NCBI GenBank assembly: GCA_964016885.1
Contig: CAXHJY010000992.1
Coordinates: forward strand, 85,786 to 149,785
Reading direction: 5' to 3'
DNA: 64,000 nt
Source of the DNA: Eledone cirrhosa
Lineage: Eukaryota
Below are positions 13,488-26,929 of this stretch, piece by piece (position 1 is the stretch's first letter; every line of letters starts with the position of its first letter). The position numbers and the translations under genes were made by a program. The notes below the pieces were generated by a model that saw nothing but the letters and a program-made list of their open reading frames with translations, was not told where the DNA came from and searched no databases.

Positions 13488-14150
13488 ATATATATATCAT
13501 CATCATCATAGACGTTAATCGACGATGATGATGATATATATATATATCTGTATGTGACTCACAACAGAGAAAGGAGTACTCAATACTGAAATACAGTTTT
13601 AATATTCATTTATATTAAGGATAAAAAGTTGTTTAATGACCCTGTGGTATCAGGCAAAACTCCAGAATAACAAGACTCACTTTTTAGCCTAAATACAAAT
13701 GGAAAAGATACACACACACACATTTATATAAACATATATTCAGAAATTCATTGTACTCCACCTATTATCCCCACATGTGAAATTATAACAAAATTTAGAT
13801 TTAATCAAACATTAATAAAACAGCAAGATTAATAAAACAGCAACATTTTTCAGCTATGATAAAGATTTATATGAAGCTTAAGAAACTAAAACTCAGGTGA
13901 TGCTTTCCTAAATTATTCTTAACTCCAAACTTCATAAAAGTTAAATAAAACCTAACTATTAAACATTGCAGTTTAATGAGGTCTGTATGCTAAAAATTTG
14001 GAGGAAAACTGGAAAATAAAACACACCAAGAAAAAACAACAACACACAACTGAAATGTGGAATTGGTGTTAGAAATAACAAAAAATAATGAAAGGAAATG
14101 AGAATTAATTAATCAATTAGTGAAAAAGGATAATTTTGTTTACTACTCAC

Positions 14151-14446
14151 AGTTACTGTTTGAACTGGTCGGACTACTAAAGCCTCGTCCTGCAATGTCC
14201 TCCTGTGAGCTTGTCGAATGAATACTACCAGTATCATCCTCACCAACCTCGGGAGGTTTCGATGAACGCACTATCATGCTCTTTGGACGTGGTTTCGGAT
14301 TACGAGCTGGACGCTCATAACGATCAGAAGGTGGGTTCTTCTCCTCGTCTTCTTCCTTTCTCTTCCGTTCCTTATACTGTTGCAGAATTAGTTCTCTGCG
14401 GACTCTCTCTTGCTCTTTCCTCAAAGCTAGTTCTTCTTTCCTCTGC
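14151..14446 (-). CDS. CAMSAP: Coding exon of a CAMSAP/Patronin-like gene (end of coiled coil plus RPKS motif)
   Basis: Pyrimidine tract..ttctAG acceptor, GTGAGT donor; encodes QRKEELALRKEQERVRRELILQQYKERK...KPRPKSM; resembles the recalled CAMSAP pattern (E-x2-RRE-x-I-x-Q-x-Y, RPKS). Confidence 0.8.
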
Positions 14447-15334
14447 CTAGAATTTGTTGGGGGTTTTGAAATAAAAAGAGAAAATGTTACTCAAATAATA
14501 GATAAAAGAAAAACATTTCAATTTAATCCATTGATAAATCAAAGATATTTTATTTAACTGTTTAGCTTAGGAAGGAAGGGATCTGTCCACGATCCTTTAT
14601 TTAACAGGGTTACAAGACTGGTGGAAGGAGGAAAGGAAGGTGTTCACAAACAAGGGATCTGGTGCAAATGCTGTAACAGACTTGACTTTATTAAAGATAC
14701 TCAAGGAGCTGGCGGTGGTGTTAAACCTGAAATTTAACATACCACCCTTGAATAAGAACAGCTCCTCTGTTGGGCTTCTGCACAGTTTCTGTCAACCAAA
14801 GCTCATTCACAAGACATTTGTCAACACAAAGTTATAGCAGAAGACACCTCTAAGCTACCATGCAGTACAATCAAACTGAAACCATGTAGTTAAGTCAACT
14901 TCCTAAGCAAATTGCCATGCCAGCATCCATAGACACATCACAACAGCCATATCTCACCAAGGTTTACATGTCAGGTGAAACTATACATCTGCACTTTCCA
15001 ATGTGCAAGCCAGAACAAGGGTCATTTTGTAAAAGACCAACAATTGTCCATGTATGAATGTTGTCCCAGGGAAAGGCACTGATACAGCTTGGCAACAGTA
15101 TTGTTGAAAACAAGCTTATAATGTAAAGGGCAGAGTGAGACACAAGCCATCCTGCTGTCCAACTCTAACAATTCTGTTTATCTACCACCCAGGATTGGTA
15201 CCTATTTACTGACCCTTAAAGGATGAAAGGCAAAGTTGATCTCAGCAAAATTTAATTTGAACTTTAAACACTAACAAACAGAAAAAATACAGTAAATCAT
15301 TCTATCCAACACTTTAACACCATCTTAAACACAC

Positions 15335-15377
<43 letters not shown>

Positions 15378-15585
15378 CATACACACACACACACATTCAT
15401 ATATACATATATATATACACACGCATTCGTACACACATTCATATACATACATATATATACATATATACATATATATACACACACACATTCATAAATACAA
15501 TATATATATATATATATACACACATTCATATAAACATATATATCACCATCATGGTTTAACTATCTTCCACGCTAGCATGGGTTTC

Positions 15586-17975
15586 ATCATCATCATCATT
15601 TTACGTCCGCTCTTCCCTGCTTGCAAGGGTGGGACGGGTCTTATTCAGCACAGCATCTCTCCACTTGTCACGGTCCTTCGTCATCTCCGCCGTGAGCTTC
15701 AGCGATCTGAGGTCTGTTCTCACCACCTCCGCCCATGTTTTTCGTGGTCTACCTCTACCACGTCTTCCTTCAAGTGGCATTTCCTGGCACTTCTTCACCC
15801 ATCGGTCATCCTCCATGCGCATCACATGTCCATACCACCTCAGTCTCCTCTCCCGCACACTACATTCTATCCCTCTCAGACACAGTTTCTCTCTCAACAC
15901 ATTCATGCTGGGTCGTTCACGCACATTGACACTGCACATCCAATGGAGCATGCTTGCCTCATTTCTCTCCAGCCGTCGCATATCCTCTGCAGTTGCTGCC
16001 CATGTCTCACTACCATGCAGCATCGCGCTCCTCACACAGGCATCATATAACCGGCCTTTTGTACGCAGGGAGAAACCCTTCTTCGTCAGCAGAGGAAGCA
16101 GCTCCCTAAACTTCTTCCAACCCGTCCTTATTCTAGATACTATGGCCTCGGAACACCCTCCTCCCATGCTAATCTGATCTCCTAGGTACCGGAAGCTATC
16201 CACCACTTCTATAGCACCTGCCTGCATTTGAAAAATGTGTCTATCAATGCGACTTCTACTGTCTAATTTCCCTGTACATCTACTGCATACATATTTCTCC
16301 CTACCTGTTAGTTTGCCTGCTATCCCGCTACATCTCTTGTGTACCCAGGATCTGCATTGTGTGCATTTTATAGAATTTATGCCAGTTCCTTTTCTGCATA
16401 TCGAACATGGCCATTTCCCTGACGGAATCAGAGTTTTGTCCTCTTTTCTACTCATCAACACTTTTGTCTTAGCTAGGTTCACTCTCAGTCCTCTTGCTTC
16501 CAACTGCTGTTTCCATAGCCAGAATTTATTCTCTAGCTCCTCTACTGATTCTGCTAAAAGAACCAGATCGTCAGCATAGAGAAGTTCCCATGGAGAGCCA
16601 GTCTTAAATTCCTCTGTTATGGCTTGGAGGACTATAATGAACAGGAGCGGGCTGAGGACCGAACCTTGATGTACTCCTACTTGTATCTGGAATTCTTCAT
16701 TAAACTCTATTCCTACCCTGACTTTACTGACAGCACCTCTGTACAAAGTTTGCACTGTCCTCACAAGCCATTCCTCAACATCTAGTTTCCTTAGGGACCA
16801 CCAGATGACAGATCGGGGTACCCTATCAAAGGCCTTCTCTAGGTCAACAAAGGCTAAGTATAGAGGCTTATTTTTCTCTAAGAATCTCTCCTGCAATTGT
16901 CTCACCAAGAAGAGGGCATCTGTTGTACTCTTTCCAGGCACAAAACCAAACTGCATCTCATCTAGTTTGACCCTTTCTCTAATTAGTTGTGCTAATATCC
17001 TTTCTGCCACTTTCATAACCTGATCCATCAGTTTTATACCCCTATAATTGCTCCTCTCCAGAGCATCCCCTTTACCTTTGTAGCAATTTATGAGAATACT
17101 GCTGCACCAGTCTTTGGGTATGACACCACCATATATAGCCTGATTGATGATGCGTGCAACCAGTTTAGTGCCTACGTCCCCTGATGCCTTCAGCATCTCA
17201 GCAACTATTGACGATGGTCCGGCAGCCTTACCATTTTTCATTTGCCTAATCGCCTCTTGGACCCTATATTCGTCAATCTCAATCTCTGTTGGATCTACCA
17301 CGGGTAATTCCTCTCTCTCCCATTCGTTCTCCACATTCATCAGTCTCTCATAATGACATTTCCAGGCCTCCTTATTCTGATCATTCGTGACACTAAGTAC
17401 ACCGGCATCATTCCGGACACATTTATCTCCAATAACATCCTGATTTGCACTGACACACTGCCTTGTAATGTGGAACACCGCACGCCTGATCTTCCCGTTG
17501 GCAAACCTCCTACTCTCAGCCTCCCTGCGTGCTAAGTACACCTGACGTCTAGCTTCTCTTTTAGCGGCTGTATATTCTTCCCTACTCCCACCCTTTTTCC
17601 AAGCCTTCCATGTTAGTCTTTTTGTCTCTAATGGCCTTATCTACTGTGCTGTTCTGCCACCAGGTCACTCTCTGTCTGGTTGGAGCTCTGCTCCAGCCAC
17701 AAGTTTCATCAGTAGCCTGCAGTAAGTTGTCACATAAGAAATTCCAGTTATTATCTACGTCATACATCTCTAAATTGTCTTCTTTTTCGTCATACACATA
17801 TTGAAGGGCTTTCCTAAATTTGTATTTTAGTGAAAGGTCTTTTAGCTTCCAGACCTTTCTTCACACCTTCCTGTATGTCTCATTCCATCTCTTGCTTACT
17901 GAGATATCACTAACGACTAACCTATGCTGTGGGGTAGATTCTACTCCAGGGTATGCCTTGGTATTAGACACTATC
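15586..17975 (-). mobile_element. RTE-clade LINE family B, 5'-truncated (ORF 15601-17541; degenerate upstream)
   Basis: RT motifs [36 protein letters not shown]; PHD-like finger; (ATG)n tail directly after the stop. Confidence 0.95.
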
Positions 17976-18344
17976 ATGCATACAAACTACAAACACACAT
18001 GCCACTCACATACCAACACTCATGCATACAAACACACACACACCACTGACATACACACATATATATATATATATTACCGGTAGTACTGATACAAAATCAA
18101 AATCATGTCAACTGTTAACTTTTCCCAGTCCAGTTCAGTTTTTATATAATAATAATAATAATTGTTTGCTTTACGCTGGTGATGTGGTGGATGGTGTCAG
18201 TTTATATATATACACATATATAAATATATACACAGATATATACACACACACATTCATATATATACACACATAGATGCATATAGATATATACACACACCCA
18301 CTTCATACACATATGCACACACTCATATTCATATATATATATAT

Positions 18345-18556
18345 ATACAAGTAAATATAAATTAATATATATGATGAAACACAAATACCAACATATCTGT
18401 GTTTATATTGTATAAGAAATTAAGTTAGCTAGAATGAAATATACTAATTATAATTAGTATATTTCATTCTAGCTAACTTAATTTCTTATACAATATAAAC
18501 ACAGATATGTTGGTATTTGTGTTTCATCATATATATTAATTTATATTTACTTGTAT
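18345..18556. repeat. Spacerless palindrome, 106-bp arms
   Basis: Centre atactaatta|taattagtat at 18450/18451; arms are reverse complements. Confidence 0.95.
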
Positions 18557-18779
18557 TATACGGCTCAGAAATATTTCTTTCTTTGAGCTATTTCATTGTA
18601 AAGGAATGCTTCTTGAGTTTTGAACTCAATACACTTAATATAATTGCTCCTTACGTTGAGCTGATAGTAGCCTCATATATACGGCTGTTATTTCTAGCAG
18701 TACGAGTATGAGGCTGGCTAGAAACTGGAAAACCATGTGTTAAACCATGTGCGTTAAACAGTCTTTTAAAATATTTAGA

Positions 18780-19565
18780 AAATGCAGATCCTGGGTACAC
18801 AAGAGATGTAGCGGGATACCAGGCAAACTAACAGGTAGGGAGAAATATGTATGCAGTAGATGTACAGGGAAATTAGACAGTAGAAGTTGCACTGATAGAC
18901 ACATTTTTCAAATGCAAGAGGGCGCTATAGAAGTGGTGGATAGCTTCCGGTACCTAGGAGATCAGATTAGCATGGGAGGAGGGTGTTCCGAGGCCATAGT
19001 ATCTAGAATAAGGACGGGTTGGAAGAAGTTTAGGGAGCTGCTTCCTCTGCTGACGAAGAAGGGTTTCTCCCTTCGTACGAAAGGCCGGTTGTATGATGCC
19101 TGTGTGAGGAGCGCGATGCTGCATGGTAGTGAGACATGGGCAGCAACTGCAGAGGATATGCGACGGCTGGAGAGAAATGAGGCAAGCATGCTCCGTTGGA
19201 TGTCCAGTGTAAATGTGCGTGAACGACCCAGCATAAATGTGTTGAGAGAGAAACTGTGTCTGAGAGGGATAGAATGTAGTGTATGACAGAGGAGACTGAG
19301 GTGGTATGGACACGTGATGCGCATGGAGGATGACCGATGGGTGAAGAAGTGCCAGGAATTGCCAGTTGAAGGAAGACGTGGTAGAGGTAGACCACGAAAA
19401 ACATGGGCGGAGGTGGTGAGAACAGACCTCAGATCATTGAAGCTCACGGTGGAGATGACCAGGGACCGTGACGAGTGGAGAGATGCTGTGCTGAATAAGA
19501 CCCGTCCCACCCTTGCAAGCAGGGAAAAGAGGACGTAAAATGATGATGATGATGATGATGATGAT
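18780..19565 (+). mobile_element. RTE family B 3' fragment with premature TGA (19284-19286)
   Basis: Near-identical to the C-terminus of ORF 15601-17541; (ATG)n tail. Confidence 0.95.
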
Positions 19566-19576
19566 ATATATGTATG

Positions 19577-19664
<88 letters not shown>

Positions 19665-19665
<1 letters not shown>

Positions 19666-20018
19666 GACTTCTGGCGTCACGCAGTAATACAGAGTACCCG
19701 ACCTCCCATGGGTACAAGCTGAAGCATATAGACAATATGCCCCCACACCCCCCACTGCAAGGTGGTCGTGGAGGTGCCACGGCAAAAAAGCACCCAGCCC
19801 ACACTGTAAAGTGGACGTGTAGGCACCACGAAAAAGCACCCAGCACTCACTGTAAATGAGGTTGGTGTTAGGAAGGGCATCCAGCTGTAGAAATCAAGCC
19901 AGATCAGTTCCTGTATGAGCAAGGCATGGTCAGCCGACCAGACACTGCCCACAACAGGATAACCCGTCTAACCCATGCTAGCGTGGAAGAACGGACGTAA
20001 TACGATGATGATGATGAT
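19665..20018 (+). mobile_element. RTE family C 3' end fragment
   Basis: Matches 62559-62920; (ATG)n tail. Confidence 0.9.
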
Positions 20019-20037
20019 ATATATATATATATATATA

Positions 20038-20110
20038 TCATCATCATCATCATCATCATCATTTTACGTCCGCTTTTCCCTGCTTGCAAGGGTGGGACGG
20101 GTCTTATTCA
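20038..20110 (-). mobile_element. RTE family B extreme 3' terminus (~70 bp)
   Basis: Matches 15590-15648. Confidence 0.85.
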
Positions 20111-20198
20111 TATTATATATGTGTATATACCTTTTCATATACCTCTTTATATGTATGTGAGTATGTTTGTGTGTGTATATATATATATATGTATATAT

Positions 20199-20803
20199 AT
20201 CATCATCATCATCATCATCACCGTTTTACGTCCGTTCTTCCACGCTAGCATGGGTTAGACGGGTTGTCCTGTTGTGGGCAGTGTCTGGTCGGCTGACCAT
20301 GCCTTGCTCATACAGGAACTGATCTGGCTTGATATCTACAGCTGGATGCCCTTCCTAACACCAACCTCATTTACAGTGAGTGCTGGGTGCTTTTTCGTGG
20401 CGCCTACACGTCCACTTTACAGTGTGGGCTGGGTGCTTTTTTGCCGTGGCACCTCCACGGCCACCTTGCGGTGGGGGGTGGGGGGGAATATTGTTTATAT
20501 GCTTCAGCATGTACCCATGGGAGGTCGGGTACCCTGTATTACTGCGTGACGCCAGAAGTCACGGTCGTGTGTCATTGACTTTGAGAGGTGTAGTTGGGTA
20601 AGGTCGGCTTTTATCACCTCATCCCAAGTCATCTTGGGTCTCCCCACTCCGCGGTTTCCATCAACTTCTAGTGCTCTGCACCTTTTTATGCAGCTGTCAT
20701 CCTTCATTCGCATCACATGTCCATACCAGCGTAACCGCCTCTCCTGCACGCAGCATTTGATTCCTCTTATGCTCAGTCTCTCTCTCAATTCCTTTATGCT
20801 TTG
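20199..20803 (-). mobile_element. RTE family C 3' fragment
   Basis: QSIKELRERLSIRG...GTRPPMGTC matches 62316-62615; UTR and (CAT)n present. Confidence 0.93.
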
Positions 20804-20824
20804 TATATATATATATATATATAC

Positions 20825-20855
<31 letters not shown>

Positions 20856-21147
20856 CCTTTTCATATACCTCTTTATATGTATGTGAGTATGTTTGTGTAT
20901 ATATATATATATATATACAGTGTGTAGATTGTGTGTGGGTAGAGTAGACATGATGTTTTTCTTAGATGTAATCAGTATTTTTATCTAATAATAAAATTTC
21001 AATAAACATAAAAATATTTCTTTTTATTGAGGTTGGTTTTAAGATGGAGGAATCTGGAGACTGGGGAGATCTGGAGGTATATTACACACATACATATGTA
21101 TATACATATGTATATATATACATATATATATACACACACATATATAT

Positions 21148-21165
21148 ACAATCAACAGATTGTGC

Positions 21166-21206
<41 letters not shown>

Positions 21207-21303
21207 CACACATATATATATATATATATACAATCTATAGATTGTGTATATATATATATATATATACACACACATATATATATATACAATCTACAGATTG
21301 TGC

Positions 21304-21350
<47 letters not shown>

Positions 21351-21416
21351 TATATATATATACAATCTACAGATTGTGCATATATATATATTATATATAC
21401 AATCTACAAATTGTGC

Positions 21417-21475
<59 letters not shown>

Positions 21476-21533
21476 TATATATACAATCTACAGATTGTGC
21501 ATGTATATATATATTGTGTGTGTATATATATAT

Positions 21534-21564
<31 letters not shown>

Positions 21565-22598
21565 CAATCTACAAATTGTGCATGTATTTTTTTTTTTTTT
21601 TTATTTTTTCAACGTTTAACGTCCGTGTTCCACGCTTGCATGGGTTTGGACGGGGGTAGTCCCACTTGAGGCAAGAGTGATTGTCTTGCTCGCATAGGAC
21701 TGTCTGGCAGGTTTTCTACAGTTGGATGCCCTTCCTAACACCAACCATATTTACAGTGTGGGTCTGGGAGGTTTTTACCGTGTTGCCTACACGGCCACAT
21801 TACAGCGTGGACTGTGTGTTTTTTGTCGTGACACCTACACGATCTCATTTGTTTCGGCCTGGATGGCGCGGCACCAACATAACTTTACATAGAACGGGGT
21901 GGTGTGGATGGGGTGGGGGTGGTGGCGGGACGGGGTGTATTTTGTTAGAGATGCCTACTATGAGGAGAATAAATGGGAGAAAGACAGTCTCCCCCATATC
22001 GACCCGATAGAGGGACCAGCAGTGTTAGTCGAGGGGAGTATAATAAGTAAGGCAATCAAGGATATGAAGACTGGTAAGGCGGCTGGGCCTTCGGAAATAG
22101 TTGCTGAGATGCTGAAGGCATCTGGCACGGTGGGACACACCATGGTCACCCGCATAGTTAACCAAGTCGTACAGAATGGGGTTGTTCCGAAGGACTGGCA
22201 TAGCAGCATCATCGTTAACTGTTATAAGGGTAAAGGAGACGCCCTAGATAGGAGTAACTATAGAGGCATTAAATTAATCGACCAGGTCATGAAGGTCACG
22301 GAAAAAGTAATAGCGCAACTAATCAGAGAGAGAATTGATCTAGATGAAATGCAGTTCGGGTTTGTGTCAGGCAAAAGCACCACAGACGCTCTTTTCATAG
22401 TACGACAACTACAGGAGGAGTACCTAGCTAAAGGTAAACCCCTCTACTTAGCTTTTGTCGACCTGGAGAAAGCCTTCGACAGAGTCCCCCGCTCCATTAT
22501 CTGGTGGGCTCTTAGAAAACTAGGCGTTGACGAATGGCTTCTGAGGGCTATACAAGCCATGTATAAAGAAACAGTCAGCAAGGTTAGAATTAACAACG

Positions 22599-22657
<59 letters not shown>

Positions 22658-22682
22658 TATATATACAATCTACAGATTGTGC

Positions 22683-22729
<47 letters not shown>

Positions 22730-22819
22730 TATATACACACACACACACACATATATATATATACAATCTACAGATTGTGCATATATATATATATTATATA
22801 TACAATCTACAAATTGTGC

Positions 22820-22866
<47 letters not shown>

Positions 22867-22912
22867 CACATATATATATATATATATATACAATCTACAG
22901 ATTGTGCATGTA
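21148..22912. repeat. Composite minisatellite CAATCTACAGATTGTGCATG+(TA/CA)n, split by an RTE insertion
   Basis: Unit recurs at 21148-21585 and 22664-22912. Confidence 0.85.
21587..22603. mobile_element. RTE family A insertion with internal inversion: 3' UTR on minus (to ~21958) joined to an RT fragment on plus (~21960-22603)
   Basis: Left part matches 33153-33507; right part encodes [11 protein letters not shown]...VRINNEY as in ORF 50953-54240. Confidence 0.9.
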
Positions 22913-23152
22913 TATATATATATATAAAATATTTGTAATTACGTTTATGGAAGACACTGCAGTTTTAGTCATTCACTGGTTATCTCCCTTGGATATTTGT
23001 AAATCAGATTGAATTTAGAAATATTACCTCTTATAGTGTAGTGTGTGTGTGTGTATGTATTTGTTGTGAAGTATGTGTATATATATATATGTTGTGAAGT
23101 GTATGTGTATATATATATATATGTTGTGAAATATGTGTATATATGTTGTGAA

Positions 23153-23197
<45 letters not shown>

Positions 23198-23199
23198 AT

Positions 23200-23490
23200 G
23201 TGTTATTTTGATCATGCTTTTATATTTAATTTTATTTCATTCCTTGTATTTTGATCATGCTTTATTTTTATTTTTAATTTCATTCGCACCTTTTCCTTTC
23301 GCTATATGTCTCTCCACCACTCCCCTACACACCCTTTGAACTCTGTTCCCACACACTTCTCACCTGAGGAAGGGCTTATGCCCGAAACGTCGTTCCCCAC
23401 CACCACCCCACTCTCCAGAGCGTGAAATTAATAAACATTCGTTGTACTGCCTCTGTTTTGTTCCTGTTCAAATTTTTCCATTATATATAT
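23200..23490 (+). mobile_element. Penelope-like pseudo-LTR fragment
   Basis: Pyrimidine-rich tract, minimal hammerhead, downstream AATAAA, ends in (TA)n. Confidence 0.55.
23361..23393 (+). ncRNA. Minimal hammerhead motif
   Basis: CTGAGGA-A-GGGC-TTAT-GCCC-GAA-ACGT-C; palindromic stem III; weak stem I. Confidence 0.65.
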
Positions 23491-23496
23491 CATCAT

Positions 23497-24283
<787 letters not shown>

Positions 24284-24863
24284 GGTGGCTGCCAACTCGT
24301 TTTCGAGTACGGCCACAACTTTACATCCATGTAGGAGAACCCCTACCGATGCGCTGAACTTTTTAGTCCAGCCAGCAACTTGAAAACTCTGGTACAAACA
24401 CTACACTTGTGACAATTATTGACACATAGTGCTGGGCCCATGGTACCATGTGACGACAAGTGCAGAGAGATCTCCAGATATAAAGCAATGCCTGTGCCGT
24501 GAAGCTTTTATAGTGAGCAAAGGCACTGCACAAAGCCAGTCCCACTCTCTTAACCATGATGATATTTACCAAAAAGAAGAACAAGTCAACATCATTGGAT
24601 ACCATCAGGGTTGCAGGTTTTATATCAGAGTTTTCCTTCTCCTAGAATTCTGCCTTGACAAGGCTAAGGGGTCATCTCTCCCGGTGATTTTGGATGGCCA
24701 TTGAGCTCCTTTGCCCTTTTGACAGGTTTTGTTTTTAGTCCTGCAGGATGTCCAAAGTCACCCTCCTCACCAAGAAACCTTGGTGGGGTTGCCAGTTTAG
24801 TCGCCAACGACCCGACCATGAGACAGGTTGTACTGGGATACATGTTACCAGTAGCACCAACTT
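24284..24863 (-). mobile_element. Unclassified interspersed element with a C2H2 finger remnant at its 3' end (copy 1); possibly a non-autonomous LINE derivative
   Basis: Closely matches 60093-60536; both end at ...gagttggcagccacc + (TA)n. Confidence 0.6.
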
Positions 24864-25261
24864 ATATACATATATACATACACACATATATATATATACA
24901 TATATACACACATATATATATATACATATATACACATATATATATATATACACACATATATATATATATACACATATATATATATATACATACACACATA
25001 TATATATATACATATATACACATATATATATATATACACACACATATATATACATATATACATATATATATATATACATACACACATAAATATATATACA
25101 TACACATATATATATATATACATACACACATAAATATATATACATACACACATATATATATATACATACACACATAAATATATATACATACACACATATA
25201 TATACATATATACACATATATACATACACACATATATATACATATATACACATATATACAT

Positions 25262-25348
<87 letters not shown>

Positions 25349-25363
25349 TATATATATATATAT

Positions 25364-25436
<73 letters not shown>

Positions 25437-25895
25437 TCATCATCATCATCATCATCAACGTTTAACGTCCGTGTTCCACGCTTGCATGGGTTTGGACGGG
25501 GGTAGTCCCACTTGAGGCAAGAGTGATTGTCTTGCTCGCATAGGACTGTCTGGCAGGTTTTCTACAGTTGGATACCCTTCCTAACACCAACCACATTTAC
25601 AGTGTGGGTCTGGGAGGTTTTTACCGTGTTGCCTACACGGCCACATTACAGCGTGGACTGTGTGTTTTTTTGTCGTGACACCTACACGATCTCATTTGTT
25701 TCGGCCTCGATGGCGCGGCACCAACATAACTTTACATAGAACGGGGTGGTGTGGATCGGGTGGGGGTATATATATATATACATATATATATATATACATA
25801 TATATATACATATATATGTGTATATATGTATATATATATATATATGTGTGTATATATATATATATATACACACATATATATATATATATATACAC

Positions 25896-25942
<47 letters not shown>

Positions 25943-26079
25943 CACACACACATATATATATATATACACACATATATATATATATACACACATATATATA
26001 TATATATACACACATATATATATATATATACACACATATATATATATATATACACACATATATATATATATATACACAC

Positions 26080-26139
<60 letters not shown>

Positions 26140-26160
26140 TATATATATATATATACACAC
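24864..26160. repeat. (TA)n/(CA)n arrays flanking an RTE UTR fragment
   Basis: Direct observation. Confidence 0.95.
25436..25767 (-). mobile_element. RTE family A 3' UTR fragment
   Basis: Matches 50563-50885. Confidence 0.92.
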
Positions 26161-26375
26161 AGTCCACGCTGTAATGTGGCCGTGTAGGCAACACGGTAAA
26201 AACCTCCCAGCCCCACACTGTAAACGTGGTCGGTGTTAGGAAGGGCACCCAGCTGTAGAAAACCTGCCAGACAGTCCTATGCGAGCAAGACAATCACTCT
26301 TGCCCCATGTGGGACTACCCCCGTCCAAACCCATGCGAGCGTGGAATATGGACGTTAAACGAGGATGATGATGAT
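26156..26375 (+). mobile_element. RTE family A 3' UTR fragment (diverged)
   Basis: Matches 49778-50000 with substitutions. Confidence 0.9.
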
Positions 26376-26538
26376 ACACACATATATATACATATATATA
26401 CACACACACACAGGAGAGAGAAGAGAAGGAGAGAGAGAGACAGACATGTTACTACAGTACAATAATACAAGACAATGTAGAGAGAGAGATGGTGAAAGAA
26501 GAAAAGTTGATATGAAGAAGAAACCCCAAATATTTTAC

Positions 26539-26666
26539 ATCTCTACTGCTCTCTTCTTCGCAAAAGCCTCTTCCTTCTGCTGTCGGCGTAATTCCTGTTC
26601 TTCTCGTCTCTTCTGTTGCTGCTTCAACATTCGCTTCCTCCTCACTGCCATCTCATCTTCATCCAG
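26539..26666 (-). CDS. CAMSAP: Coding exon of a CAMSAP/Patronin-like gene (start of coiled coil)
   Basis: ttatttgtAG acceptor, GTAAAA donor; 42 codons + 2 nt, LDEDEMAVRRKRMLKQQQKRREEQELRRQQKEEAFAKKRAVE; trailing AT plus the first G of exon 14151-14446 makes ATG in frame. Confidence 0.82.
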
Positions 26667-26929
26667 CTACAAATAAACCAGAATTACAACAGTGAAACAA
26701 AATGTGCCATATAGACATACTACATATCTCTATCATACTCTATCTCTACTTGTTATAGCTTAATTGCTATAAATTAATGTTTTGTCTCTTGTCCCTTACT
26801 CCACCAGACAGTGTTTGGTTTATGTTAGATGCTGTGACCACAAGTGGACCAACAGTACCATTGGTAGGGGTCAAAACTGCCAAAGTCCATCTCAACAGCT
26901 TCTGGAGTTCTGTGTCCTTCGTTTGTATA

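Noticed and set aside
13563-13585. 23-nt AG...GTGAGT micro-exon candidate on minus
   Set aside because: Frame-shifting length, repeat-adjacent context, no other support
14600-14726. Possible alternative terminal host exon in matching phase
   Set aside because: Weak pyrimidine tract, no recognisable homology, would truncate the coiled coil
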